From assembly GCA_951406725.2 (NCBI GenBank), contig OX597817.1, positions 19,034,001 through 19,098,000 on the forward strand: DNA of 64,000 nucleotides. The letters are read 5' to 3'. The notes beneath the pieces were generated by a model, which was given only the letters and a program-made list of their open reading frames with translations, did no database searches and was not told the DNA's origin. The stretch's first letter is position 1, and each line of letters begins with the position of its first letter. The DNA is from Octopus vulgaris (lineage: Eukaryota). Shown piece by piece: positions 42,791-55,200 of this stretch. The translations under genes and the position numbers were made by a program.

Positions 42791-43229
42791 TGTGTGTATT
42801 GTGTTATAAGTCGACAGTTATTGAAACAACACAGTATAGATGAAGAGCTAAATATGGAAATATTAATGGGTGCAATACACCTATTTGTATGCAGGCTACT
42901 AATAGTTTTGTTGAGAAAGCAAAACTCTTATGTGGGTTTTAAGAAAAAAAAAATCAATATTATTGAGACCTGTCTACATAACAATTGAATTAATTAGTAT
43001 GTCTACTCTGGGCCCTCAAACAATTAACAAACATCAATAGACTTTCTTTCTAATGTGTATCATTTTCAGAAATCTGTACGACATATACGTACACATATAT
43101 ATTACGTATATAATGTGTGCTCAAACGTTAGCTTGTGTGTGTATGTATGTATGTATGTATGTATGTATGTATGTATGTATGTATGTATGTATGTATGTAT
43201 GTATGTATGTATGTATGCATGCATGCATG

Positions 43230-43272
<43 letters not shown>

Positions 43273-43348
43273 TGGAGCAAACAAAAAATGTGAAACAAGG
43301 TGGAAAAAAAGAGTACTCAAATACCAGTAGCAGAGTAATATGCATTAT

Positions 43349-43494
43349 TTAAAGCAGCAGAAAATTCAACAAAACCTGTTACTCTGAGTTTCACGCTCCC
43401 GTTCGTCGGACAGTTTTTGCTAGAAAAAACTGTCCGACGAACGGGAGCGTGAAACTCAGAGTAACAGGTTTTGTTGAATTTTCTGCTGCTTTAA
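43349..43494. repeat. 146-bp palindrome (73-bp arms), probable inverted Penelope-like pseudo-LTR remnant
   Basis: The centre is CTAG at 43420-43423, with a single mismatch next to it. There is a one-sided extension at 43272-43348 and (TA)n on both flanks. Confidence 0.9.
43430..43467 (+). ncRNA. Variant type-I hammerhead ribozyme motif (mirror copy on - strand at 43376-43413)
   Basis: Stem I CUGU/ACAG, core CCGACGA (U4C variant), stem II ACG-GGAG-CGU, GAAA, stem III ACUC-A-GAGU and a GUA cleavage triplet. Confidence 0.6.
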
Positions 43495-43495
43495 T

Positions 43496-43547
<52 letters not shown>

Positions 43548-44382
43548 TGTATGTATGTATGTAAGCATGCATCTATCTATATATCTATCTATCCATCTAT
43601 ATATAGTGTAAGATATAAGTTAGAGGCAATGTAACCATTTATGGGATAGAAGTATCCGTAGGCACTCCTTGTATTACCTCTGCATGTATGGTCCTTGTTA
43701 TAAGGTATACGATAATAGGTAATTTAAAAGGTAAAAATGTGGTTTAATATAAAGACGATAAGAAATGGAGCAATAAATAACAGTGCGAATTGGATCATTG
43801 GTGTTATAAAGTCATTATTTAATTAAGATGAGAGTATGAGAGTATGTTTACAGCTGTAATTAAGATGTGAGTATGTTTACAGGTGTAATCGGAGGGAGTT
43901 ATCGCTATTGGGGGTAACCGGTGGAGTTATTTGGACCTACGTGACACTAATTTTTAGCTTGTGAGTTAGTTCCTGTAGTTTCATTGGAAGCCGTAGTATA
44001 AGGCTTAAGTTATTATTTAGAATATGTACGATATTGTGTATATAGTGGGCTAAGTAAAAGAACAACAGAAAGGGTTGAATAGTGCATAGAAAAGCAATAC
44101 GACAGATAGGGAAATTATAGCATGTAAAATGAGTTGGTAGTGTAGCTATTAAATGAAATTAAATTATAGATAACAGTGCCCTAGCGTAGTATGTAAAATA
44201 AGTATAAGGTTCAGCAATTAGTTTATAAATGTGGAGTGAAGTTGAGTAGTGCTAATCGGTACGTGGGAAAGTTAAGGGGAGGTAATAAGAGGTTAAGTAG
44301 GTTCGCTAATAACCTCTAAAATGGGGGTTAGCGATAATTAAAGGATAAATAGGCTTTAGCGACATTTTGAGAATACGAATCG

Positions 44383-44725
44383 GCGTTTATGAAAACAAAA
44401 CGTTTTTTTGTCGTGTCTTTCATTAAATAGAGGTGATTTAGCCATTAAAATAAAGAATTTCTCGTTTATGAATAAGTTTTGACTAGGATCCGCCATTCTA
44501 AGCTATAGTTAATATTTTGTTTTTTTATTCCCAAATGCAACTAATAACTCCGGTAGAGTTCACTTTACTTCTTTTTCTGAAACTAGATCGGCGAAAATTA
44601 TATCTGAGTATCAATTCGTTTTTAGTTGCTACTGTATAAGATTACTTGTAGTTATTTGCGAATACATCTCATTTATAGATTACGTTTTTAGTTTTACAAA
44701 TATTGGAGAATTAACCACATAAAAT
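44383..44725 (-). pseudogene. Penelope-like element C-terminal GIY-YIG endonuclease remnant
   Basis: Decayed translation SYTVATKNELILRYNFRRSSFR..SKVNSTGVISCIWE*KKQNINYSLEWRIL..NEKFFIL..LFNERHD..CFHKR. It matches YiG..fKxRyxnHxsSF..T.lsxyIWxLK..ysikW.Il..EK..I..lNxR.E..CxH. Confidence 0.6.
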
Positions 44726-44930
44726 ACTAAGCTTATCTGTGGGTATGTTGTGTTGAGAGGGGTTATTATTTATAAGGTTGTCCGCGTTATTTAAGGACGA
44801 GTTATTAGGGATGACATTCATTATATCTGTCGATTGGTCGCTATGTTTTATGTTTTATTCAGTCCGATTATTTCTATGTCCCCGCGCATGGTACAGCCTT
44901 AAGCCTTAAGAAAAAAAAACTACACATTTA

Positions 44931-45254
44931 TTGTTAATTACACAATAACGCTTATATATGTATGAACGTATAGACATACATACATACGTACGTAGTACAT
45001 ACATACATACATACATACATACATACATACATACATACATACATACGTACATACATACATACATACATACATACATACATACATACATAGACACACATAC
45101 GCATGCACGCACGCACACACACGTATGTAATGCGTATAACACTGCAGACTTTGTAAAAACTGCTTGTTAATTTCATGAAATTTGTTTTTCACAATACACG
45201 TACACAGAGACGCGGGCGTTCATACGTATATAAGCGTTATTGTGTAATTAACAA
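44931..45254. repeat. 38-bp inverted repeat pair enclosing a (TACA)n spacer
   Basis: 44931-44968 versus 45217-45254 match at 37/38 as reverse complements. Confidence 0.85.
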
Positions 45255-47024
45255 ATGAAATGATGTGGACACTCCTGCACAGTCATGAGTTGCAGATTCA
45301 TTTTCAAATAAAAGAAATATTTTTGCTGACGTATCTAATTCCTGTTTCACATTTATGGTCCTTGTATTTGCACCAAATGTTTATTATCATGTGAGCTTCC
45401 TCTATCACCTGCATTGATCTCAAATACCGTACAGACCCTTGATATATGTGTTTAAACATAAAAGTCTAGTTCATAACATTTAGGCTATAAGCGATAACAA
45501 TTCCTTTTATTATAATTGTCGCGTATAATGGATATTAAATATTCATAATAACGTCCGCGGCTGGTATTTACCTTATCCGAGAATTACTATGGTTGCTGTT
45601 AATTTTCAATATAAGTCAACAATGATTAAGTGTTCGGACTATAAAAGAGTCACTTGTGTCATTTATATAGCATGATATGCTGCTACTCAGATGATTAGTA
45701 GATTAGATATATTATATAATTGATAGGATTAGATATATTATCTAACTGATACACGTAAGAATAGGTATATATATATATATGTGTGTCTGTAGAGAGAGAG
45801 AAAGAGAAAAATATAGATAGATACTCATCTATGTATATATAATAGTATGCTTGCTTTTTAATAATAGCCGAATACGATAGAGATTTGTGTGATCGATAAT
45901 GCATGAAGCATATATGTTCAATTAATAATATATGAAATACATATCTCAGATGTCTGACAGCGCAGGCATACAAGCCATGTAAACAATAAATCAGACATGT
46001 AGAAATAAGCATCGATCAATGGATAGGTTTCCCGTCATTGGGTCTCAGCACTCGTTTGAAGATATTACCATTAACATTAACTTATGTTGACAATGGGTTT
46101 GAAAAAATGCATGTACGGCACAAGCCCCTTACAACTTACAACTCCAAATGTATAAACGTGTGCATATCCAACAAAAGTGTTAATCAATGTTCCTATAACG
46201 CGTACTCAGTAATTTAATCACATGATATTTCTGTTTTCCACGGAAGTCAAAGTGACAAAGAGAAAACCCCGAATTATAACAAGTGACGCAGTTATACAAA
46301 GACGATGAAATATATTGTTACCGTATAATATAAACAAATATATAGCGAGAATTACGAGAATAGTCGTACATGTTCAAATCCCATTATTGACTTTTTTTCA
46401 CACAACATATTTAAAGCAATATATCATCTTTTATTCAGCTATTCAGGTCTCTGCTTATCTAAAAAAACTTCATAATATATTAGGTTGGACATAGAGAAAC
46501 CAAAACTAAAAGAAAATGAAATAAAATATTATGTTTCATACACTTTGTCGATAGGGAAATGGGTTATTATATTTCTGGAAAATCAGTGGAGATGACCTGC
46601 TAAAAACCAGTATAATAATAATTGCTTGCTCCTTGAATGTGGAACTGATTTTATTAATATCTGAGTTCGTATGCGAGAAATGTAAAATGAGTAATGTACT
46701 TCATTTGTATAGTTAAATTTATTCTCCAGATTACTAGCTTGCTATGTATGCTGCTTCGGCAGAGTGAAAGACACAGGGTTATAGAAACGCATTAAAGATG
46801 TTGGATATGGCGGGGACAAACTAGAAAGTATATTGTGAAATTCATTATATCCGCAGAAAGAATCACTACTAAGTTTTTCTGCTGATGACTACACAACATG
46901 GCTTTGTAAAAATAAAAACAAATATTTTCATCGAGCTTCATACTGTGACTTGTGGTAGCTTTCAGAATCAGTGCAAAAGATAGCTTCCTATAATCTACAT
47001 AGACATTAATGACACAACAACGAG

Positions 47025-47850
47025 ACAATGATTACCATATTCAAGGCGGCAGTAACAGAACCGACCGTTGAAATTCTTGGTAAACAAACTCAATGAAATA
47101 AAAAGTTGGATAACGACAGAGATCTTAGACTTCTCTGATGAAACGAGAAAATTATAGACCAAAGGAAGCGATACTAAAGTATATAAGAATTTCGCTCAAT
47201 GGAATATGGTAATTAGAAATAGTATTAAGGAAGCAAAGGAAAATGGATTCAAGATCAAACAATATGTATAGCAGTGTGTATATGATTGTGTCTGTATGTT
47301 TGAAATAATTCAGATGTGCCTACTACTAATCAAAAGCTAATTATGTGTAGGGAATTATTAAAGCTAGAAATCGTGTCAGCGACGAGCGAGACAATATTTT
47401 GCCAATTTTGGGAATAATGTAGGAAGTCTTACAATCACTATACTATATTGTATTGAACCGTTGAAAGCTCTCTTTGTACTAATGACGATGGTAGGCATAT
47501 TCCATGATATATCGATAGAGCTCCATATACAAATAAGTAATCAGGTGATATTGATCAACTATCAGATATTATAATATCTGAAAGATCGATATGAACATTT
47601 AGGCAATGATCATCACCTCGCAGTAACAGCCTTTTGCAGACAGTAAAGCATCTAAGACGAACTTGCAGCTCAGCCAAACAGTTGACTTTTATCATAGTTA
47701 ACTTCTAATGTTGTGATAAGAATGATACACAACCAGTCAGATTCAAGTTTTAAGTGGAAATATAGATCACTTAAGAGCAGATGAGTTCATTTGAGGCGAG
47801 CTCTAACAATAAATAATGTATGTTAAATCGATCTCGAAATTATCTCCCGT
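47025..47850 (+). pseudogene. Old RTE-like LINE remnant
   Basis: FKAAVTEPTVEILGK..SWITTEILDFSDETRK..IRNSIKEAKEN resembles the RTE APE-RT linker. Downstream similarity is weak. Confidence 0.5.
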
Positions 47851-48133
47851 TTCAAAAGTGATCTATACTATAGATTCATACATTTTGAAGGCTTAAAATA
47901 TCCGCTATGCTAGCTCTTGAGTCGCCATGCTGAATTAGAATACAATAGGCCTATAAAACAAATATAACAATGATGAAGACCTCATGAAAGATGTAACCAG
48001 GAAAACTAGATTTAGATTTCGTTTAGAGAGATATAAGAATTTTTAACTTCAGAAAGTATATTTTATTTTAAGGAAAGGTAAATGATATAATTGATAACAA
48101 TTACGCATGTATATATTTATACTATTTCAGTAA

Positions 48134-48390
48134 TGTGGAGGCACATGGCTTAGTGGTTAGGGTGTCAGGATCATGATCGTAAGATTGTGGTTTCGATTCC
48201 TGGACCGGGCGACGCGTTGTGTTTTTGAGCAAAACAATTCATTTCATATTGCTCCAGTCCACTCAGCTGGCAAAAATGAGTAACGCTGCGACGGACTGGC
48301 GTCCCGTCCACCTGGGGGACAAGCCATTGAAACCGGGAAACCGGGCCCATGAGCCTGGCTAGGCTTTAAAAGGGCGCATTTATTTATTTA
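48134..48390 (+). mobile_element. tRNA-derived SINE family C with V-domain-like motif
   Basis: A box TGGCTTAGTGG, B box GTTTCGATTCC, V-SINE-like GCGACGGACTGGCGTCCCGTCCA and an (ATTT)n tail. TSD core TATTTCAGT at 48123-48131 and 48395-48403. Confidence 0.8.
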
Positions 48391-49687
48391 CTATTATTTC
48401 AGTGATATAATTCGTCTGGCTGTGCCAGATAAAAAGTTTAAGAGTCTACAGAAAAGACCACGACAACCAGTGAAATGGATAATAAACTTGATACATTAAA
48501 TTTGATGACTACATCTCGCAAAAGAGAGAATGTAACACGAACATGAGTATCATGAAATCTGGGGGATGTAAATCCACCTGAATTACATTGGAGCTGCGAT
48601 TTCTATGCATAGGGTCATACAACATACTACAAGGAATAATAACTCAGCTTCAATTTCTAAAGTAGCTGGATCTCAAAATTAGCTACAGGTGGAGATTAGA
48701 GCAATAGACCGCCTACATTATCATTGCATCTGTTAGGTATTATAAAATTCTAGAGTCATTGTTGTTTCTTCAAGACTGGGGCTTCAATACCTACCTACCT
48801 ACCTACCTACCTTCCTACCTACCTACCTACAACAAAAATGTAAGTCAAAATTGTGTAAATCAAGAGTGATACTTCTTTAATATTATCAATAAAAACATTA
48901 AGAAAAATGTAAGAAATTCTTCATTAAAATGGATCAAAATATGAATAATCTGCGAATGTGTTATGTGTGTGTCTCTTTCTCTCTCTCTCTCTCTCCACAG
49001 AGACACAGCATACACACATGCACACACACGCACACACATGCACACACACACACATACACACAGAAACCCACACATACATAATTAAACAAAACCCAAATTG
49101 ACTGGTATTTGTCAGTGTCGGCAAGATTTGCGTTATTTCTTAGAAACTTATAAAAAAAGAGAGTTTTTTTGCTATTTTTACATTGTTGTATGATCAGTTA
49201 TACTGTTCAAATTAGTGAACAATAACATAAGAAGTTAGACTGATTATAAGCACGGAGGGGTATTATCATCGATTAAAGTTTGAAGAATGTGCCCAGCATA
49301 AGCCTAACCCTGTGACTATAATCCGTACAAGATTAAATATGATTTTCAACATCACTTTTCTATGCAGTGGTTGTTATATTAACTGTTCCCTTTACGTGGA
49401 TATATTAAAATATCCTTTCCATTTTCTGCTGTTGTTGAAAACAATCTGTACCATGGATCCTGGTCTTTTCTTCTGCTTCTTTAATGTTCAGTATAGTCAG
49501 CTACCTCATGAAATCTTTAGTTTTGGTGAGTCTAATTATTTTTCAAGTCAGTTTACACTATAGGTATGTCTCTATACAATGTTTTATGTCTATTTGATTT
49601 TTCAATATGTATTCTATATTAGGCTCTTACGGAATAAGAGAAATGTCCAGATTTCTTGTCATTTGCAGTCAATATTTCACAATATTA

Positions 49688-50250
49688 TGGCGGCGAGCTG
49701 GCTGAAGCGTTAGCACGCCGGGCGAAATGTGTAGCCGTATTTCGTCTGCTGTTAACGTTCTGAGTTCAAATTCCGCCAATGTCGACTTTGCCTTTCACCC
49801 TTTCGGGGTCGATAAATTAAGTACCGATTACGTACTGGGGTAGATGTAATCGGCTTAATCCGTTTGTCCCCTCTGTGTTTAGCCCCTCGTGGGTAGTAAA
49901 GAAATTGGTATTTCGTCTGCCGCTACGTTCTGAGTTTAAATTCTGCCGAGGTCGACTTTGCCTTTCATCCTTTCGGGGTCGATTAAATAAGTACCAATTA
50001 CGCACTGCGGTCGATGTAATCGACTTAATCCGTTTGTCTCTCCTAGTTTGCCCTCTCTGTGTTTAACCACTTGTGGGTAGTAAAGAAATAGGTATTTCGT
50101 ATGTCTTTACGTTCTGGGTTCCACCGAGGTCAACTTTGCCGTTCATCCTTTCGGAGTCGATAAATTAAGTACTAGTTGCGTACTGGGGTAGATCTCAGCG
50201 ACTAGCCCCCTACCCTAAAATTTGGAACCTTGTACCTAGAGTAGAAAGGA
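49688..50250 (+). mobile_element. SINE family A multimer (one head, three core units)
   Basis: Re-entry junctions AAAGAAAT(A/T)GGTATTTCGT at about 49907 and 50091 (period 184 bp), with the alternative final tail. Confidence 0.9.
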
Positions 50251-51798
50251 ACATCTTAGAATATTTACAGTTGTCAATGAGTCATTTTAATCAACATCAA
50301 ACTCTCATTCGTCGTCTGAAATTATGGTGGAATAAAATTGCTTTCTCAATTTATGCAACATTATATAATCCAGTTCATTACCTCCTAATCAATTGGCAAA
50401 ATTAATTATAATTAATTATAATTGCGTATATATTTTCCTTTTTTTCGAAATCGATTCATTTTAGAACTAAAGCAGTCCAAATACCTAACCTGCATATATG
50501 TAAGACGATTTCAGTACATTTCATACAATGCAGAAGTTTTCATTTGTGTCTCAACCTCCGAAATAGTAAGTCGGTCTTCGATATCGTCCTATATATTTTT
50601 CATCTATCTTTTACGTAATGTGTTATAAATTTCAAGTTACAATTCAATATTATGTTCTGTCTTCTAAAATTCAGCTTCAGGAACAACGTTTTGATACACC
50701 CAGTTTTCGAATAACGCATGTTTCATCTATATTTGTTTCTTTTTATTTACGCGGCGGCAAGGAACTAATAAAATATTTATATTCAATTCTCTCATTGTAC
50801 GTGTATTAAGAATTCTAATAATTATCAGTGACTTACTAAAATAGTCACCTAATGCCTTACAGCGTAACAGTAATGGTATTGGATCTTTAGATGCTTTGCA
50901 TCCGCTGTTTTTCTCTTCTTGATATAAACGTTCTCTTCGGCATTTTCTTCCAGATGAGCCTGGTATTATTAAATATTTCCTTTAAAGTTTAGGAATTGTC
51001 TTCAATTATTTTAGCTAAAATTTTTGTGTAAATTCTTATGAAGATTTCTCACCACATACTTGCTATTGCAATACAATTTCATATGATATAGAATGATTCG
51101 ATAAAAAGTGTTTTCAAATCATCCTCTACCTCCTTTAATCCAGTTTGTAATTCATTAGATGTTTGATTTGTAACTCTGATTAGACTAAAACTTATGGCTG
51201 CAAAGCTGTCCATTGGCGATGATTTGAGGATTAATTTCTATCCAAAGTAATAAAATATTTCCATTGTTTTCATAGAAATACTATATATGTAAGAAGTGTG
51301 AATTGAATTTATTGAACATCTTTTGATTATACAAGGTCAGATTTTTTACTTCGATTCATCTTATTTTTCTGACAGTTGCTATGTTTATATTAATCTGTTT
51401 CACAATTTAGATCAAACATTTTCAACGCTGAAGCTAACTGATCCATTTTAATTTTCCTTTTAAGAGAAACAGATACTCTTGTCTACATTGAGATTTGGCG
51501 GTCTATTATTCCTTTCTTTTTTGAAAAGATTTAAACAAAATACATAAAACTCCAGTTTAAGTGCTACTTTAACAGAAGCTTCTTCACTATCAGGCAATGA
51601 AACCTATGTAAAAGAAAGAATGGAAAATATATGTATTTGTATATGCACACACACACATACACACACACACGAACAACATAGAAATATAATTACATATACG
51701 ACGGATTTGCAATCAGCGGGACTGAACCACATAGTTGCGAAGCGATCTTCTTAATACATGGTGACACTGAAAAGAAAGTATCTAAGAAATTTATTAGT

Positions 51799-53304
51799 AA
51801 TTTACGGCCTATAACTCTGCTGCCAATGTGTTAAAAAAGAGGTTGGCGCGGGTCGTGGACAGCATTGTTTGGGAGGTGCAAACTTGCGCTATCCCTGGCA
51901 GGACGATACACGTCAATCTCCACCTCATACGCTACACTTTAAAGCGGGTTGGTAACATTTCTGGCAAAGGTGGGGCACTGGTACATTTATACCAGTCTAA
52001 AGCTTTCTATAGGGTCAACCATCGGTACCTGGCAGCGGTTCTCGGCCCAACTTTCCGCGGCTGGATTGCTGCTTTGCACTGCAACATTGAATGTGTCGTA
52101 CGGGTGAACGGTTTCTTCTCCAAACCTTTCAACATCAGGCGATCGGTTTGCCAGGGATGTTCACTGTTTCCGGTTTATATGTGCTGGCTCTTGAGCCATT
52201 TACTGCGAAGGAAGCAGGCTTCAGGGTGCATTGCGCATGATCGGGGTTGCAGCTACCTTGTGTAGAAAACGACATCAAAAGATACGAAGCAGTAGAAGGA
52301 GCAGGAATTAACTAGGTAAGTCAGTCGGCTTGTAACTCGGCACCTGGAGGAGCAAGTCGATTCCCTATAATAACGTCTTGCGACACTGGAGGGAAGATCC
52401 TGTTAAAATACTAGGGGTATGGTTCGGTCCAGACATCCAGATAGATAGGAATTGAAGTGAGGTCACAAGCAAGGTGATTGCTCTAACCAAGACCTGGTCT
52501 GGAAGAAAGCTATCTCTGCCTGACTGTTGTACCTTGCCTTGTTTCCTGGCTGAACAAGATGGAATGTCTCCTCTTCGGTCTTTGTGAGGGGAGAGGCCAC
52601 TTGTAAAGCATTCTGTCTACTGTCAAAAACCTTTAAGGTGTGTGCTAGGGATGCCGTGGCTGAAAATGCGTAAGTTTGCACTAAGGTTTAGGCACGTCTG
52701 GCTCTACCTGGATGTTCAGCGGATGTAGTCACCGCTCATGAAGCTATCAAGGTATGGTTTTGCCGTTCTACCGACATGCCGGAGGTGCGGGTAGGATAGT
52801 GAAACTGATCTTCACACCTTCGTGCAGTGTGCGGAAATCAGGGAACTGATAGCCTATATCGAGCAACTGTTGTCAACGATGGAAAGAGTACAGCAATCGG
52901 CTAAATCTGTCATCGAGTTTGGAGTACTCGTCAAAGAGGAATCGCGACTGGTAGCTTCATTTCCGGTCTAGGGTTGGTTAGTTATTTCAACTACAACCTT
53001 AATAATAAAATCCGGCTGGCCTGTCGCATAATACGTTTGTAAAACGATGGACGGCTGTTCAGAGAATGCTACGAACGAATGGAATGCGCTAAGTATGGCC
53101 ATCCGAGAGAGAAAAAGGGATACGTTGGACAACGTTGGTGGTTTAATCACCCTGACAACTTGTAAAAATTTGAAATTTTCAAAAATCTTTTATTTACTTA
53201 ATTTCATTACACTGGCTATCATTCATTGTAAAACACTTTGTACACATTTGTCTATCCTTGCATTGTCCCCTCTATGTTGGGCCCTATGTAACCAATAAAA
53301 GAAA
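51799..53304 (+). mobile_element. 5'-truncated L1/Tx1-clade LINE (RT to 3' UTR)
   Basis: RPITLL..RLARVV..QTCAIPGRTIHVNLHLIR..LYQSKAFYRVNHRYL..VRVNG..RSVCQGCSLFP. The 3' end is TGTCCCCTCTATGTTGGGCCC..AATAAAAGAAA. Confidence 0.85.
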
Positions 53305-53407
53305 CAGACTCTCGTATGCACAGCCATATGTTATACAGTCTTAGGAACTAAAAAGAAGAGATATTGTTGGATTATGTGTTGGTGAACTACATTAAAACAT
53401 CATAACA
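53305..53407 (+). mobile_element. 3' portion of the 5' LTR of a Gypsy element
   Basis: Ends ..TCATAACA and is followed by the PBS TGGCGAC. Homologous to 56971-57114. Confidence 0.75.
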
Positions 53408-54400
53408 GTGGCGACAAGGATTCGAACTAAACGCAAAAGTGGTGACAAGGATTCTAACTTCACGCATTTCACAAAAGTGGACACGTGCTTTCTAATTTCG
53501 CGCAGCGAAAAATAATATAAAACCGCCCACTTCATAACAGTGAGACATTCAAAGTTCTTACCATGGAAGAACTGTTAGACCCTGTGGTACAGCAACACCA
53601 ACAGCAACTTCTAGAGCAGCAACAAGAATAACGGAAACAGCAGAAGCAACAACAACAACAACAGCGAACTCAGCAGTTGTTAGAATTACTGATGCAGTCG
53701 AAGAACGTCAGGTTCATTTTCAGTTGATAGAGTAGCCAATTCGATTGAGGAATTTTTTTTATAATCCTGAAGAAGGGATTGCGTTTCCGGCATATTTTAG
53801 AAGGTATGAGGAAATATTTAAGGAAGAATGTAAAAGTTAGACAGATTAAAAAAAAAGGGTAAGGCTTCTTTTACGAACATTAGCACCGGCTGAAGAAAAA
53901 AGGTAGAACGAAAGTGCAAGTAAAAAAGTGCAATTGGATACAGGAAGCGATATCGCGATTATAAACATCGATACATGGAAAAAGTTTAGAAGGCGTACTT
54001 TCAAGAAAATGTGATATTTCAAGAAAGGAAGTACGATTTTCAGCCTAAATCACAACGGAAGCTAAAGTTTACGTAAGAGAAAATACTATAAACCTGTTTG
54101 GTACAGACTGGATGCAAATATTTGATTTATGGGATCTACCCATAAATACGTTTTGTAATAATGTACAGTAGTTCAAATATGGTGTCGGAAAATTTAAAGA
54201 AATTTTTAAAAAATGTTTCCCGATGTTTTTTTCAGAAGACTTAGGTAGGTGCACAGAGACGAAAGTAAGATTTGAAGTAAAAGATAAAGCTGTCTCGGTA
54301 TTTAAGCCGAAGGGAGCTGCACCTTTCGCGGCATTGAATCAAGTAGACAAAGAACTGGACAGACCCGAAAATATTGGAGTAATAAAAAATAGATTGTTCA
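53408..54400 (+). mobile_element. Decayed Mag-type Gypsy internal region (PBS, gag, protease, pre-RT)
   Basis: PBS TGGCGACAAGGAT; gag MEELL..Q-rich..YNPEEGIAFPAYFRRYEEIF..VRLLLRTL; protease VQLDTGSDIAIINIDTWKK (about 53928); FSEDLGRCT..FKPKGAAPFA..VDKELDR. Confidence 0.85.
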
Positions 54401-55200
54401 GATGACTCCTCGATGTCATGGTGGGGGGCTTGAAGCAAGATTTCCAGGCATATCCCCAATAATTCACCTCCTGCGGAAAATCGAAGTTCTCTTCTCTTTG
54501 ACACTTTCTTCAGGAAGGACCACTTTTAAAGCTCTCCCTTTCTTCTGAATGTACTGTTGACATGCATTCAACATCTCCTGGTTTATTTCCAGTTTCTTCA
54601 CCTCCAGCGATGCAACAGAACTCCTTCTCGTTCCCGCGGATGAAAAGCCAACTCTCGCCCCAAAATGGGGGAAATGAAAACAAAAACTGCCAAACAGACC
54701 ACGGACAACACTCTCAACAGCAACTTCGACAATAGTCCGTCTCGCGTGAGAAAACCCACCGAAAGAAACAAAAAATCAAGCAAAAATTACAAATGGCGAG
54801 GAAACGCTCTCTTCTTTATTTGGCTACTAAGGGGCTAACACAGACAAAACATGCATCGGGGGAAAAAAGCGAATGAATTAATGAAAAGTTTATAATTGAA
54901 TGTGGAGATGTAATGGCTACACGAGCCCCGTACTCTAGTAGTTATATTTATTACATTTGTTTTTTCCTTACTAGTTCATCGAAAACAATTGTCAGTTACA
55001 TTTCGAGTGTTCCCACTTCTTTATATTCGATGTCAGGAGGCAAGGCATGAAACTCTACCTCCTTCCCTATGGGGTCTATATGAGACATGAAAGTGTTTTT
55101 TAATTTAAAAAAATATTTCCATGTCCAGTAGGACACACTTTTTATTGGGGGGAAACTCCCCTGCAGGTAGTTTTACTCTTGTTATCTTCTTCCATTTGGT
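54400..55200 (-). mobile_element. Tx1-like tail-to-head tandem (3' UTR then 5' UTR/ORF1 start)
   Basis: The reverse complement of 54812-54945 matches the 3' UTR at 56818-56970. The reverse complement of 54480-54811 matches the 5' region at 55742-56020. Confidence 0.75.
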
